Below, piece after piece: positions 8,836 to 19,780 of a stretch of DNA of 64,000 nucleotides (positions are counted from its first letter, which is position 1; every line of letters begins with the position of its first letter). This DNA comes from Candidatus Iainarchaeum sp. (GTDB taxonomy: Archaea; Iainarchaeota; Iainarchaeia; Iainarchaeales; JAGVWC01), in assembly GCA_018304465.1 (NCBI GenBank), contig JAGVWC010000008.1, positions 32,001 through 96,000 on the forward strand, read 5' to 3'. Made by a program: the position numbers and the translations under genes. The notes below the pieces were generated by a model. It worked only from the letters and a program-made list of their open reading frames with translations, made no database searches and was not told the DNA's origin.

Positions 8836-10992
8836 TTACAATGAACGAGGCGGCAATGCCCCGGTTTTTTTGGTGCGGGAAACCCGTTTCTTTGGTTCCG
8901 AAGAACCGGCCGTTTTTGGCGGGAAATCCGATCGAGTGATTTCTTTTTTTGCCGCGATATCCGCCGCTTTTTTCTTCCACTCGTCTTTTGAAGAACAATT
9001 CATGTTCACGCACATGTCAATGGGACGGCGACGAACAAACAACTTGATCATCGGCGCGTTACACAGTTTACAGGTTTCCCGGGTCAAGGACAGTTTTCCT
9101 TTTTGAGGCAACGGATACGTCTGCGTACACGCGGGATACGAACTGCAACCCAAAAACCGCTTTCCCGTTTTTCCGGACCGCACCAACAAATTTCCGTCGC
9201 ACCCTATCCGCGTACACTTGCCCGCGACAGAATCGCTTCGAAGCGCCTTTTTCAAATCCGAACCCACTTCAAACCGCTTTTCAAGCAAAACACTGAGCAC
9301 GCCCAGCAACATTTTCCGCGAATCATCCACCACTTGTTTTTTCGAAACCTTGGCCGCGACAATCGAATCCATTTCTTTTTCCAATTGCGCGGTCATATCG
9401 GGTTCCGTCACGGTTTTACAGTACTTTTCCAAAACGTCAATCACCCCAAACGCGATCTGCGTCGGCTCGATGGCTTTCAGACCCACAATGTACCGCCGCG
9501 AATACAACTTGTTGATGACTTCGTGCCTGGTTGATTTCGTTCCAAGCCCAAGATCATCCATCAACTTGATCAAAGCGGACTGGGAATAACGCACCGGCGG
9601 CTGGGTTTCTTTTTCCTCCATTTTCAAATCCACCAGATTCACCCAATCGCCTTTTGCAAGAGACGGAAGAACCACTTCCTTGAGCGTGGAATACGGATAA
9701 TATTCTTTCCAGCCTTTTTTGACAATCGTCTGACCCAACGCGACAAACGGTTCCCCGTTCAAATCGATTTCAACATGCACGTTCAACGTAATCGCTTCGT
9801 CCGCCAACGTCGCGAAAAAACGCCGGCAAATCAATTCGTACACAGCCCACTGTTTTTGGGAAAGTTTTTCCTTCGGAGCCGCCGACACCGGATGAATCGG
9901 CGGATGATCCTTGGTTTCTTTTCCCGCCGACGGATTCAAGGGCCCACGCGACAAAATCTTTTGAACCAGCGGCGAAAACACGGGCACCTGTTTTAATTCG
10001 GACAAAATCGCGTTCAAATCCAGGTTCTTCGGATACGCCTGGTTATCGGTTCTCGGATACGACGAAAACCCCATCTGGTACAGACTTTCCGCAATGTTCA
10101 TGGCTTCGCCCGCCGACAAACCCAGCACCGTTGCGGCGCGCAAAAAATTCGTGGTATTAAACGGCAACGGTTTTTCAAGCACCCGTTGTTTTTGCGAAAC
10201 ATCCGTTACTTGGCCTTTGTCGACTTTTTTCGAAAGCACGGCTTCGGCTTTTTCTTTTTCCCAAAATTTTCCGGTTTTGTGTTCGGCCAAAAACGGATGC
10301 TTGTCTTTTTCGAAAACCGCGTTTAGGACCCAGTATTTTTCCTGCTTGAACGCCAAGCGTTCTTTTTCCCGATCCACAATCAACGCGAGCACCGGCGTCT
10401 GCACGCGTCCCACGGACAAAAATTCTTTTCCCATTTTTCCCGAAGCGATCGACACATACCGCGTTAAAACCGCGCCCCAGATCAAATCGATTTCGCGACG
10501 GCAATTCGCGGAGTCCGCAAAATCAAAATCCACTTTTCCCGGTTTTTCAAACGCGGACTGAATATCCTTGGGGGTGATCGCCGAAAAATACGCGCGGGAA
10601 AAAATTATTTTCGGGTTTTTTTCCCGAATATAATCCAGCGCTTCCACTCCGATGGCTTCGCCTTCGCGGTCCGCATCGGTTGCAATAATCACCGAGGACG
10701 CTTCCGGCGCTTTTTGCTTGAGCAAATTCACGATCGCAAATTCGGTCGGCACGTAAAGCAAAGGCGCGTTCGTTAATTCGCGCAAATCCGTTCCAAGCCA
10801 GTACGAAAACTGCTTTGGAAAATCCACGTCCGCAATATGACCGCGCAGCGGAATCACCATGAATTCTTTTCCGCTTTTCTTGAAGCGAAACAAAGGCGCG
10901 TTTCCCTCGCGCACCTGCGCGACGTTTTGCCCCGCCAGAATATTCGCGATTCTCTGACCCGCAATGGCTTTTTCGGTGATAATGAGTTCCAA
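8836..10992 (-). CDS. topA: DNA topoisomerase IA
   Basis: ITEK, ATDADREGE (TOPRIM), SVGRVQTP, catalytic SYPRTD, GLGTKSTR, C-terminal zinc ribbons. Confidence 0.97.
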   Translation of the reverse strand: MELIITEKAIAGQRIANILAGQNVAQVREGNAPLFRFKKSGKEFMVIPLRGHIADVDFPKQFSYWLGTDLRELTNAPLLYVPTEFAIVNLLKQKAPEASSVIIATDADREGEAIGVEALDYIREKNPKIIFSRAYFSAITPKDIQSAFEKPGKVDFDFADSANCRREIDLIWGAVLTRYVSIASGKMGKEFLSVGRVQTPVLALIVDREKERLAFKQEKYWVLNAVFEKDKHPFLAEHKTGKFWEKEKAEAVLSKKVDKGQVTDVSQKQRVLEKPLPFNTTNFLRAATVLGLSAGEAMNIAESLYQMGFSSYPRTDNQAYPKNLDLNAILSELKQVPVFSPLVQKILSRGPLNPSAGKETKDHPPIHPVSAAPKEKLSQKQWAVYELICRRFFATLADEAITLNVHVEIDLNGEPFVALGQTIVKKGWKEYYPYSTLKEVVLPSLAKGDWVNLVDLKMEEKETQPPVRYSQSALIKLMDDLGLGTKSTRHEVINKLYSRRYIVGLKAIEPTQIAFGVIDVLEKYCKTVTEPDMTAQLEKEMDSIVAAKVSKKQVVDDSRKMLLGVLSVLLEKRFEVGSDLKKALRSDSVAGKCTRIGCDGNLLVRSGKTGKRFLGCSSYPACTQTYPLPQKGKLSLTRETCKLCNAPMIKLFVRRRPIDMCVNMNCSSKDEWKKKAADIAAKKEITRSDFPPKTAGSSEPKKRVSRTKKTGALPPRSL

Positions 10993-11066
10993 AAAAAAAC
11001 CTAAGTATACTTGGGCTTGAAAATAGTTTAAAAAACCACGGAGGCAAAAAGCCGGTTAAGCTGATT

Positions 11067-11726
11067 TCATTTTTGGGGTCTGGGTGGTTTGCGTCGGTTC
11101 GATTTTCGCCTCAATTTGGCTGCCTGCTGCCGGGGGTTTTGCGTATACTCCCCTAATGCAGTTCGAGACCTAGGACTCGAAAACAAGGCCTCGAACGCTC
11201 GATCTGCGTCTAACTGTTCAATCGCATGAGAATGTATGCCAAGACTCAACTCTGGGACCTCATAGATTTTCTTCCACGGAATCCCCAACACGTTGGCTAA
11301 TCTTCTTGATTGATTAAAGACACACATATTCCAGTACTCCCCAAAAGAACGGACCCCTATGCGCTCCAGATTAATTGAAAAACCACGACGGGCGAGTAGG
11401 CGCTTGAGCGAATCCCCAGAAATATTACCCGGTTGAACAACTACTCGTGTTCCAAGTGAACGATGGGCAAAAGAAACCAGTTTTCCCAGTTTCCGAAGAA
11501 ACCAGGCGGTGTTTGCATGCGGTCTTCGCTTGAGTAATTTGGAGCTTGGAGTCACGATCACCAAAACAGAATCGGGTTCTTGTGCAGTTCGCCGAATTTC
11601 GTTTCCCCACAAGCCCAAAACAAAACGAGCGTTTTTCTTAAGCCGTGCAGCAGGGTCATCAAGATAAGCAAACGTATACAGCGGATGTACCAAGAGACTA
11701 ATTTTTGAGATTGAATGCCCCGTCAC
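11067..11726 (-). CDS. orphan, possible cysteine-hydrolase/isochorismatase-like fold, basic C-tail
   Basis: LLVHP and SFGEYWNMCV motifs; upstream TTTATAAA and GGTGA; tail RRKSNRRKPPRPQK. Confidence 0.55.
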   Translation of the reverse strand: MTGHSISKISLLVHPLYTFAYLDDPAARLKKNARFVLGLWGNEIRRTAQEPDSVLVIVTPSSKLLKRRPHANTAWFLRKLGKLVSFAHRSLGTRVVVQPGNISGDSLKRLLARRGFSINLERIGVRSFGEYWNMCVFNQSRRLANVLGIPWKKIYEVPELSLGIHSHAIEQLDADRAFEALFSSPRSRTALGEYTQNPRQQAAKLRRKSNRRKPPRPQK

Positions 11727-11780
11727 CCATTCACCAAACGTAAGAAAAAATAATGGGAGTGTTTATAAAGTATAACAAAC

Positions 11781-12263
11781 TCACAGGTGTTTCTGCAGTG
11801 TCGCGCTTGGAAGCGAACGGGATTTTTTCAATTCCAGCACGGAAACAAGGGTTTTGACGTCCACGACGCCGTCCACGGTTCCAAGCTGTCCGATGATTTG
11901 CTCGGCTTCCGCCAAATTCTTCACCAACACCCGCGCCAGCAAATTGTACTCTCCAAGCACCTGATACAATTCGACAACGGACTCCATTTCGGATATCCGC
12001 TTGATCACGTCTTTTTGCTTGGATAACTCGGACCGGATCTGAATAAACACCGGGTTCTCAAACCCCAGCACTTTGTAATCAAGATTCACGGAAATCGAAT
12101 CGATCACGCCTTTTCGCTTTAACGACTCCACGCGTTTCTTGATCGCGACATCCGTTAAATTCACTTCTTTGGCGATCTGCGAAAACGGCACCCGACCATC
12201 CTCAAGCAACGCCTGCAAAATCCGATTATCGATCTTGTCAATTGAAACCGATTGAATAACCAT
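11781..12263 (-). CDS. Lrp/AsnC family transcription regulator
   Basis: IDKIDNRILQALLEDGRVPFSQIAKEVNL...KRVESLKRKGVI; VLGEYNLL. Confidence 0.92.
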   Translation of the reverse strand: MVIQSVSIDKIDNRILQALLEDGRVPFSQIAKEVNLTDVAIKKRVESLKRKGVIDSISVNLDYKVLGFENPVFIQIRSELSKQKDVIKRISEMESVVELYQVLGEYNLLARVLVKNLAEAEQIIGQLGTVDGVVDVKTLVSVLELKKSRSLPSATLQKHL

Positions 12264-12371
12264 CCCCCAAAACCCCCGATTGTTCGAAAAGCAAACTGCT
12301 AGACAAGTAAATCAAACAAAAGAGAATAAAAAGGTTTGTAAACCAAAGTCGGCGAAAAAACGGAAAAAAGT

Positions 12372-13115
12372 TCAGCGTGCATCTTTTCGCGCGTTCATGG
12401 ATTCTTTAACCAAACCAAACTTGGTCATAAACGCCACGGTCTTCATGGTTTCATACAACGGAACCACGATCAGCAAGGCCACGAACAACGAAACAAACCG
12501 ACCCGCAAAATCAAACCGATCAAAAAACAATTCAATGAACGGCAAGGCTCCAACCATGATGATCCCCGCAAGCCACACCCATAACGTGGTTCCCGGATTC
12601 GTCGCGACAAAATTCAAATTGAATCCGACCGCGTCAACCCACGACAATTCATCCACCACGATCGATTGAGGAACAAACACCAGCACCGCGTTTAAAACAA
12701 GCAAAACCAATGCCACGACCACGTTTGGAACACCCAGCGAAAGCAACACGCTTCCGATAACCAGTTCGGCCACAAACAGCAAAAAATAAAACTCGAATAA
12801 CTCCATGGAAAAACGCGGCAACTTCTCGGTCACATAATGCAAAAACTTGACCTTGGTCAAATCCGCGCGCACGGCAAAAATAACCGCCGCGCAAAACACA
12901 CAAAAAAAAGCCAAGGAAATGAAAATCAACGCGAGGCTCACCACAACGTCAAGCAAAGGCGAATTCCAAAACCCGTACTCCAAAAACACGTTTCCGGACG
13001 ACAAATAAAAATCCGACAACAAGATAAAGAAAAAACCAAAAACGCCCATCAGCACGAAAATAATCGAAGTGACAATATTTTCAAAATACGCCTGAATAGA
13101 GCGAACAAGAACCAT
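12372..13115 (-). CDS. hypothetical multi-pass membrane protein
   Basis: about six hydrophobic helices. Confidence 0.7.
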   Translation of the reverse strand: MVLVRSIQAYFENIVTSIIFVLMGVFGFFFILLSDFYLSSGNVFLEYGFWNSPLLDVVVSLALIFISLAFFCVFCAAVIFAVRADLTKVKFLHYVTEKLPRFSMELFEFYFLLFVAELVIGSVLLSLGVPNVVVALVLLVLNAVLVFVPQSIVVDELSWVDAVGFNLNFVATNPGTTLWVWLAGIIMVGALPFIELFFDRFDFAGRFVSLFVALLIVVPLYETMKTVAFMTKFGLVKESMNARKDAR

Positions 13116-13175
13116 GTTTTCTCACTGTTAAACGTTCAACAAGATAAACGCGGCATTTCTTAAAAAACCTTGGCA

Positions 13176-13685
13176 TTAGGCCTTTTGGGTTTTCCGGGTC
13201 TTTCGAACCGATTTTGCGGAATCCGGAAAAAGCGCAGACAAAAAAACAAACCTTGACGCCCATGCCAACAACACCATGATCAGAAAATAAAAAAACGCGT
13301 CTCGCACCACCAATTCCGACCACTGGGTCGCAATCAAATTCATCGCCGCCGAAAAACCTTTTCCGCTACACGACGTATTTTCCGCACCGATATCCGTCAA
13401 ACCATTGCACCAGTACAACAAATGCGCCAGAAAAAAAGCAAGTCCGCCCAACACCACGATCAGCACAGGCCACAAAAAAGAACGCTCCGAAATCCCGAAT
13501 TCGCGTTCGATCCAGCCAAACAACCAGTACGCCAAAAAAAACGCGGGAATCGGAACCAGCCAATGCATCGGCGAATCCCACTTGTTAAAAACCGCCGAAC
13601 CCAAACCGAACACGAGCCCGTACGAAATCAAAAACAAAACAAGAACAAAAATCAACGGACGCCAATCAAAACCCGTATCCGACAT
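13176..13685 (-). CDS. hypothetical membrane protein
   Basis: about four TM segments. Confidence 0.65.
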   Translation of the reverse strand: MSDTGFDWRPLIFVLVLFLISYGLVFGLGSAVFNKWDSPMHWLVPIPAFFLAYWLFGWIEREFGISERSFLWPVLIVVLGGLAFFLAHLLYWCNGLTDIGAENTSCSGKGFSAAMNLIATQWSELVVRDAFFYFLIMVLLAWASRFVFLSALFPDSAKSVRKTRKTQKA

Positions 13686-13788
13686 GAAAACACCACAAAA
13701 CGAATACCAAACACACACAAGAAAAAAGTTATAAAGCCCGCCTTTTCAAAAAAAACCCAATAAAAAGAAATAAAAAGAAAAAAGACAT

Positions 13789-14922
13789 ATGTACAACATG
13801 CAACACAAAACAAAAATACTTTTGTTGTTGGCAACCCTGGTGTTTGCCAGCGTTTTTGCCGCGACTCCGAGCCCCGGCCACAACCTAAACGAACTATCCC
13901 CCACCAACTGTCCCGCCGGACAATTCCTCATCAACATCGGCGCCGGAATCGGCACCGCCGGATACGCCTGCCAAACCCCCGCCGCCAGCTACTGGCAAGC
14001 CAACGGACCCAGCATTTACTACAACACCGGATACATCGGCATCGGAATCAACGCGCCCCAATCCAAACTCGACATCCAAAACGGAGGAATACTCGTCCGA
14101 GGATACAACCTACCCGTTGGAGGAGTCCCGATGCTGGCCATGGGATACAATACCGCACTAGACCGCGCACAAATTATGTCCGTCAACTCAAACGTCATCG
14201 GAAAACAACTTGACATTTCCGGATACCCGCTTATTTTTCGATCCTCCCACACCGGCAACGAACAAGTCCGAATCAATACCGACGGAAAAGTCGGCATTGG
14301 CGTCGACGCACCCACCGAAAAACTGGATGTCGCCGGCAAAATCAAAGGAACCGAACTCTGCATCGGAAATGTCTGCAAAGACGCATGGCCGTCGGAAAGC
14401 AGCGGAACCATCACTCAAGTCACCGTCGGATCCGGAATGACCGGCGGCGGAAGCAGCGGAAGCGTTAGCGTTCGATTAAGCGACTGTCCCGCAGGACAAG
14501 TACTCAAAAGCTGCGGAAACAACTGCTGGCAATGCCAAGCGGACAACGTCGGCAACGTAACGATCGATTCTTCCTGGCTGGTCAACAATGCGCCGCAAGG
14601 AACCCTCTGCGGAAGCTACAAAATCCAGGCGTACTACTACTGGACCAATTTGCCCGAATGCGGATACAAATCATTCAACAGCGTTTTTGACCGCCAATTA
14701 TTGACTTCGTGCGCGGGACACAACATCGTTTCCGGAAACAGCGTGTGGTTTAGCGAGATACAACAATGCGGACTTTTCGGATGCACACCCTACTATTGCA
14801 CCATGAATTTTACCGCTGACTGTCCTGCCGGATATGCCCCCAAAATGATCGCGTACGAACACGTCGATCCGCCGTTTGTCGACCCTATTTTCAGCGCGTT
14901 CTATTCCTGCATCAAACAATAA
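13789..14922 (+). CDS. secreted fibre/adhesin-like protein
   Basis: signal peptide; repeated GIGxxAPxxKLD(I/V) fibre motif, [17 protein letters not shown] repeats, Cys-rich C-terminal head. Confidence 0.7.
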   Translation: MYNMQHKTKILLLLATLVFASVFAATPSPGHNLNELSPTNCPAGQFLINIGAGIGTAGYACQTPAASYWQANGPSIYYNTGYIGIGINAPQSKLDIQNGGILVRGYNLPVGGVPMLAMGYNTALDRAQIMSVNSNVIGKQLDISGYPLIFRSSHTGNEQVRINTDGKVGIGVDAPTEKLDVAGKIKGTELCIGNVCKDAWPSESSGTITQVTVGSGMTGGGSSGSVSVRLSDCPAGQVLKSCGNNCWQCQADNVGNVTIDSSWLVNNAPQGTLCGSYKIQAYYYWTNLPECGYKSFNSVFDRQLLTSCAGHNIVSGNSVWFSEIQQCGLFGCTPYYCTMNFTADCPAGYAPKMIAYEHVDPPFVDPIFSAFYSCIKQ

Positions 14923-14986
14923 ATCCAAACCCACGTGCATACAAATAAAATGGGTTTCCTCAACCCTTAGATACCCGAGGAAAAAA

Positions 14987-17881
14987 ATGTCCGAAAAAGA
15001 AAACACGATCGGAGAACTGCCCTGGATCGAAAAATACCGACCCCACACCTTAACCGACGTGATCGGACAAGAAGAAATCACCAAACGACTCAGCGCCTAC
15101 GCCAAAGCCAAAAACATGCCCCACTTATTGTTTTCGGGACCCGCCGGCGTTGGAAAAACCAGTTCTTCTGTCGCGCTTGCCAAAGAACTATTCGGACCCA
15201 GCTACGAACGAAACTTTTTAGAATTAAACGCATCGGATTCAAGAGGAATCGACGTGGTTCGCGGAACCATCAAAGACTTCGCGCGAACCCTTGCCTTTGA
15301 CTCGAATTTCAAAATCATTTTCCTGGACGAAAGCGACGCGCTCACCGCGGACGCCCAACAAGCGCTTCGCCGAACCATGGAAAAATTCACCAAAACCTGC
15401 CGCTTCATTTTGAGCTGCGTCACGCCGGATACCAAAATTACGCTCCCAAACGAAACCGAAATCACCATTGGGGAATTCGTCGAAAAATTCGAACAGAAAA
15501 AACAATTTGAAATCTTGAATATTGACGAAGCCCAGAGAATCGAAAAAAACGATTCAGTCATTTGCACCATCGAACAAAATCCCCAAACAACAGGAAAACG
15601 AGTCTTTGAACTCGAAACCAACACTGGCCGGACACTCAAACTAACCGAGGATCACTTGCTTCTTACCGAATCGGGGTGGAAGCAAGCAGGACAAATCAGC
15701 ATGGGCGAAAAAATCGTGGTTTTTCCAAGCCTTGAAGGAACTGCCATTCCAGATGATTCTCGCCATTTAATCGATAAAACGGCGTTCGGAGAGTTCATCA
15801 AAAAAACGGAACTTGAAAACAACTACAAGCCACTGACTGAAGCAAAAACATTTAGAGAACTCTGTACTCAAGACAAGCACCGCATCATTGAATCCATAAA
15901 AAAACTAGCGTGCATAGTCCGCAATGGTGCCGGCCTAACCCCGACCGAAAATAGGCTCTTTCAGCATATTTTAAAATGCCCGAACAGTAGCCGCTTAGAA
16001 CTGCAAACCAGGATGCAATTGTCAAGAATCCGAACAGGCGAGCTTCTGCACGCCATTGAAAAGAAAGGATTTCTCGTGCGGAGCCGCAAAGGCAAAATGG
16101 CGCATTTCGCCGCTAACGGAATGCCCTTTGCGCTTCGGAATTACCGCGATATACAAAACCAAATCCAGCAAGAATTCAAAATAAGAATCTCCTATGCGGG
16201 AATAAAAAAAATAACCAAAAACAAAGAACATCACCCCCAAGGTCTGCATGAAAAAACAATCCGGGAATTAGAAAAAAAAGAAATGTTTTCAATTACGCGC
16301 GATTCCCCTAAAGCCGCAGCAATCATACGTCTGCTGGGGTTCATCTTCGGAGACGGCCACATTACAAAGTCGCGCCAGCGCATCATTTTCACCGGAAACA
16401 TCGAAACGTTGAAAGAAGTTAAAAAAGACCTCGAGTTACTTGGTTTTGATTCAAGCCAAATCCAACACAAACTCATCAACAATACGATCGGGAATAGAAA
16501 ATTCACTGGAACCACCACATGCTTTTATGTCGATTCACGTGCACTGGAAAAGACCCTAGAATTCTTGGGCGCCCCCAGGGGAGACAAAATAATAACCGCG
16601 TATGAATTGCCAAAAACCGTTCAAACAGGCAATAGACTCCAAAAACGCGAATTCCTGCGCGCATTGTTTGGGTGCGAAGGATACTCTCCGAAGATTGACC
16701 AAAAAAACTTCGAAGCAATTCCAATGCGAATGCACAAAGCAACCGAACTACACGACAACATGCTGCGATTCTTTACCGATTTGCAAAACTTGTTAAAAGA
16801 ATTCGATGTCGATTCAACAGTTTCCGTTGAACAACTGGATTATACGAGAAAAGACGGAAAAAAACCAGAGTGCTTCTGTCTCAGCCCGCTGCCAAACAAC
16901 CAAAATCTCTTTCGCTTCTTCTCCCGAATAGGGTATGCGTATGAAACCACAAAAATGAACAAAGCACGATTAGCCTCCGAATATCTTCGACATAAACAAC
17001 ATGTGCTCAACCAGCAAAAGCAAAAAGCACAACAAATCATTACAGCGCTTGGAAGCGGTAAGACCACCGGAGAATTGGCACGCGAATTTGGTTGCACCCC
17101 TGACTTTGTAGCCAGCCAAGCAAAAAAAAAGCCGGTTCATCTTCCCCGAAAAGGTTTCCCATCCTTCATAGACTGGAAAGAAAAAAACCAGTATGAAAAC
17201 GGGCTTGTATTCAACGAAGTGATACGACTGCAACAAGTGTGCGCACCAAAAGTAATCGATCTCACCTGTCTCTCAAACCACAATTTTATAGCTAATGGAA
17301 TCATATCCCATAATTGCAATTATTCTTCCCGCATTATCGAACCCATTCAAAGCAGATGCGTCGTGTTCAGGTTCAGACCCTTAACGCCAAAAGACATCGA
17401 CAACGCCCTTTACCCCATCGCCAAAAAAGAAGGCATCGAACTCAACGAAAAAACATTGAAAGCCATCAATTACGTTTCCCAAGGCGATTTACGCAAAGCC
17501 ATCAACGTTTTGCAAGCCGCCGGCGCCAGCGGAAAAAAACTCACAGAAGAAAACGTGTACGCCGTCAGTTCTCGTGCCAGACCCGAAGAACTCCAGCAAA
17601 TGATCCGGCTCGCACTAGACGCCAAATTCATGGACGCCCGCGAAAAACTCGACCAACTGCTCTTCGAACACGGTATGAGCGGAGAAGACGTGATCACGCA
17701 AATGTACCGCGAAATCATGGACATGGAAGAAAAAGAAATTCCGTCACACACCAAAATCGAATTAGTGGACATCATCGGCGAATACAACTTCCGGCTCGTT
17801 GAAGGCGCCAACGAACGATTACAATTAGAAGCATTGCTTGCGCAATTCGGAAAATTCAAACACGCGCACGAAAAAGATTAA
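14987..17881 (+). CDS. rfcS: replication factor C small subunit, intein-containing
   Basis: [41 protein letters not shown]. Confidence 0.95.
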   Translation: MSEKENTIGELPWIEKYRPHTLTDVIGQEEITKRLSAYAKAKNMPHLLFSGPAGVGKTSSSVALAKELFGPSYERNFLELNASDSRGIDVVRGTIKDFARTLAFDSNFKIIFLDESDALTADAQQALRRTMEKFTKTCRFILSCVTPDTKITLPNETEITIGEFVEKFEQKKQFEILNIDEAQRIEKNDSVICTIEQNPQTTGKRVFELETNTGRTLKLTEDHLLLTESGWKQAGQISMGEKIVVFPSLEGTAIPDDSRHLIDKTAFGEFIKKTELENNYKPLTEAKTFRELCTQDKHRIIESIKKLACIVRNGAGLTPTENRLFQHILKCPNSSRLELQTRMQLSRIRTGELLHAIEKKGFLVRSRKGKMAHFAANGMPFALRNYRDIQNQIQQEFKIRISYAGIKKITKNKEHHPQGLHEKTIRELEKKEMFSITRDSPKAAAIIRLLGFIFGDGHITKSRQRIIFTGNIETLKEVKKDLELLGFDSSQIQHKLINNTIGNRKFTGTTTCFYVDSRALEKTLEFLGAPRGDKIITAYELPKTVQTGNRLQKREFLRALFGCEGYSPKIDQKNFEAIPMRMHKATELHDNMLRFFTDLQNLLKEFDVDSTVSVEQLDYTRKDGKKPECFCLSPLPNNQNLFRFFSRIGYAYETTKMNKARLASEYLRHKQHVLNQQKQKAQQIITALGSGKTTGELAREFGCTPDFVASQAKKKPVHLPRKGFPSFIDWKEKNQYENGLVFNEVIRLQQVCAPKVIDLTCLSNHNFIANGIISHNCNYSSRIIEPIQSRCVVFRFRPLTPKDIDNALYPIAKKEGIELNEKTLKAINYVSQGDLRKAINVLQAAGASGKKLTEENVYAVSSRARPEELQQMIRLALDAKFMDAREKLDQLLFEHGMSGEDVITQMYREIMDMEEKEIPSHTKIELVDIIGEYNFRLVEGANERLQLEALLAQFGKFKHAHEKD
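15416..17314 (+). mobile_element. intein (633 aa) with LAGLIDADG homing endonuclease in RFC
   Basis: FILS|CVTPDT...IISHN|CNYSS; block B LTEDH; LLGFIFGDG and [10 protein letters not shown]. Confidence 0.95.
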
Positions 17882-17948
17882 CACGTTGGCCGATTTCAAA
17901 AAGCCGAAACACCCAAAAAAAGAACGAAACGAACCAGCAGGAATACGA

Positions 17949-18932
17949 ATGCCAAAGCCACGAAAAAATCGTTCCATCCCACGCTTAAGCTCGGCGGAGC
18001 ATGCCGAACGAAACAAACAGGTTCTGAACATCCATGAAAACGTTCGAGCGATCGCCGCAATTTTTGTCACCAAACATGGAGGCCTTAAAGCGATCGAACA
18101 ACAGTATGGACTGACGTTTGACGACTTGATTCAGATCGGCAACCTAGGCGCAATGGAAGCGGCATCCACCTGGGACCCCGGCAAGGGAAGTTCCTTTCTG
18201 ACTTTCGCCAGCCGCCGTATAGAAGGTGCAATTCAGGATCATATTCGCAAATATGGAACCCTCGTTCACGTCTCGCGGACTTTCCATCGCCAGCTAAACA
18301 GCGGTAAACTCCAAAAACTCGAACAGGAAATCGCAGAAACAACTCCCGGAACTTCCGTGCACAAAAGACTCGTCCGTGAACGGGCCGGACTTCTAGGGCA
18401 ACGCCAAACCCAGACCGTCAAGTCGATTTCTTTTCAAAACGAACAAGCCCCAAGACCCGTCGATCGCAATGAACTCCGAAGCCTCAAACAGTACTTTTTG
18501 CGCCGCCTCAAACAGTTTCCCCGACACGAACAACTCTGTTTTATTCTCAGTTACCTGCATCCCACGCCCTCCGAAATACAGAGGTTCGTCCATGAAAAAC
18601 CCTTATTCCTATCCGCCAGGAACGCCTTCACCAGTCGACCCACCGACCGGGTATTCAATCTCGACCTGAACCTACTATCACCCACGATGCCCCCTAAAAC
18701 CATTGGCAGAATACTGGGTCTGTCCGAAATTAGAGTCTACCAGATCCGAATAAAAATTGGAAGCGCAATTTTCGCCGATCCGCGTACACTCAAGGCATTC
18801 GGATTAGAAGACACAGAGGGAAAATACCCCGCTATCGCCCAGGTACTCGCACACAAAAAAAAATTTACCGACTCCGATTACAATCGAATCGGAAAAATGC
18901 TGGAAGAACTGTTCCAGCCGCTTGAAAACTAG
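17949..18932 (+). CDS. sigma-70 family-like protein (FliA/SigB-like regions 2 and 4)
   Basis: region 2 DDLIQIGNLGAMEAASTWDPGKGSSFLTFASRRIEGAIQDHIR; region 4 LKQFPRHEQLCFILSY...KTIGRILGLSEIRVYQI; alternative TTG start at 17886. Confidence 0.85.
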   Translation: MPKPRKNRSIPRLSSAEHAERNKQVLNIHENVRAIAAIFVTKHGGLKAIEQQYGLTFDDLIQIGNLGAMEAASTWDPGKGSSFLTFASRRIEGAIQDHIRKYGTLVHVSRTFHRQLNSGKLQKLEQEIAETTPGTSVHKRLVRERAGLLGQRQTQTVKSISFQNEQAPRPVDRNELRSLKQYFLRRLKQFPRHEQLCFILSYLHPTPSEIQRFVHEKPLFLSARNAFTSRPTDRVFNLDLNLLSPTMPPKTIGRILGLSEIRVYQIRIKIGSAIFADPRTLKAFGLEDTEGKYPAIAQVLAHKKKFTDSDYNRIGKMLEELFQPLEN

Positions 18933-19500
18933 GAGAACCAACATAGCCCTTGAAAAATCCGCGTACTTAAAATTCAAACACGGAGACCGCATCCCCGATT
19001 TCCAGCTCATCGGAACCGACGACCGCATCCACTATTCGAAAGGGTTTTCCGGCAAAGCGATTCTGATCGTGTTCATGTGCAACCACTGTCCGTACGTCAA
19101 ACCCAAAGTGCCATTCCTGGTGGAACTACAAGAAAAATACCAAGCCGCCGGACTCCAAATCGTTGCAATCAACACCAACAACAACCCCGATTACCCCGAA
19201 GACTCGTTTCCAAAAATGAAGGCGTACTCCAAAAAATGGAACCTCAATTTTTTGTACTTGCTGGACGAAGACCAGCAAATCGCCAAAACTTTCGACGCGC
19301 GCTGCACCCCCGACTCGTATTTATTCAACTCTGAAAAAAAACTCGTGTATCACGGACGCATCGACGACCAACACGGAGAGCCTCACTCTGAACAAGACAC
19401 CAACGAACTCGAAGACGCCATCCGAGAAGTCCTCGAAACCGGCGGTTGCACGGCGGACGAAAACCCGTCGCAAGGCTGCAGCATCAAATGGAACAAATGA
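18922..19500 (+). CDS. thioredoxin family (AhpC/TSA-like) protein
   Basis: FMCNHCPYV, YHGRIDD, SQGCSIKW; start uncertain. Confidence 0.9.
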   Translation: MKTRRTNIALEKSAYLKFKHGDRIPDFQLIGTDDRIHYSKGFSGKAILIVFMCNHCPYVKPKVPFLVELQEKYQAAGLQIVAINTNNNPDYPEDSFPKMKAYSKKWNLNFLYLLDEDQQIAKTFDARCTPDSYLFNSEKKLVYHGRIDDQHGEPHSEQDTNELEDAIREVLETGGCTADENPSQGCSIKWNK

Positions 19501-19503
19501 AAC

Positions 19504-19746
19504 CTATTCCATTTTCGAAAACAAGTATTCCGCCTGCTTGCCAACTTTCATCGATTTCAATTCCTGGACCAGCATCAAACCCACGGATTTCGCGCGCAAG
19601 AACTCCTGGACTTCCCACGCTTTTTCCGAACAAATCCACACCGAGTGAACCTTCTTAAACAACACCTTGTCCGACCAGTACGAATCCGCAACCGAAAACT
19701 TTTCCGAAAAAAACGCTTTCACTTGGGTTTCTTCATCGACCGACAA
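19504..19746 (-). CDS. small hypothetical protein, possibly a PUA/NIP7-like partner of the adjacent methyltransferase
   Basis: protein-like 3' part of ORF 19504-20028; start (TTG) uncertain. Confidence 0.4.
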   Translation of the reverse strand: MSVDEETQVKAFFSEKFSVADSYWSDKVLFKKVHSVWICSEKAWEVQEFLRAKSVGLMLVQELKSMKVGKQAEYLFSKME

Positions 19747-19780
19747 ACGCGAAACGAAATTTCGTCCGCTTTCTTTTCCG

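Noticed and set aside
14500-14922. Adhesin head as a diversity-generating retroelement target
   Set aside because: No reverse transcriptase or template-repeat copy seen in the window
17882-18932. Bacterial contamination as the source of the sigma-like gene
   Set aside because: It is packed within tens of bases of archaeal rfcS and the downstream gene and shares the local A/C skew; chimerism is unlikely but cannot be excluded without reads
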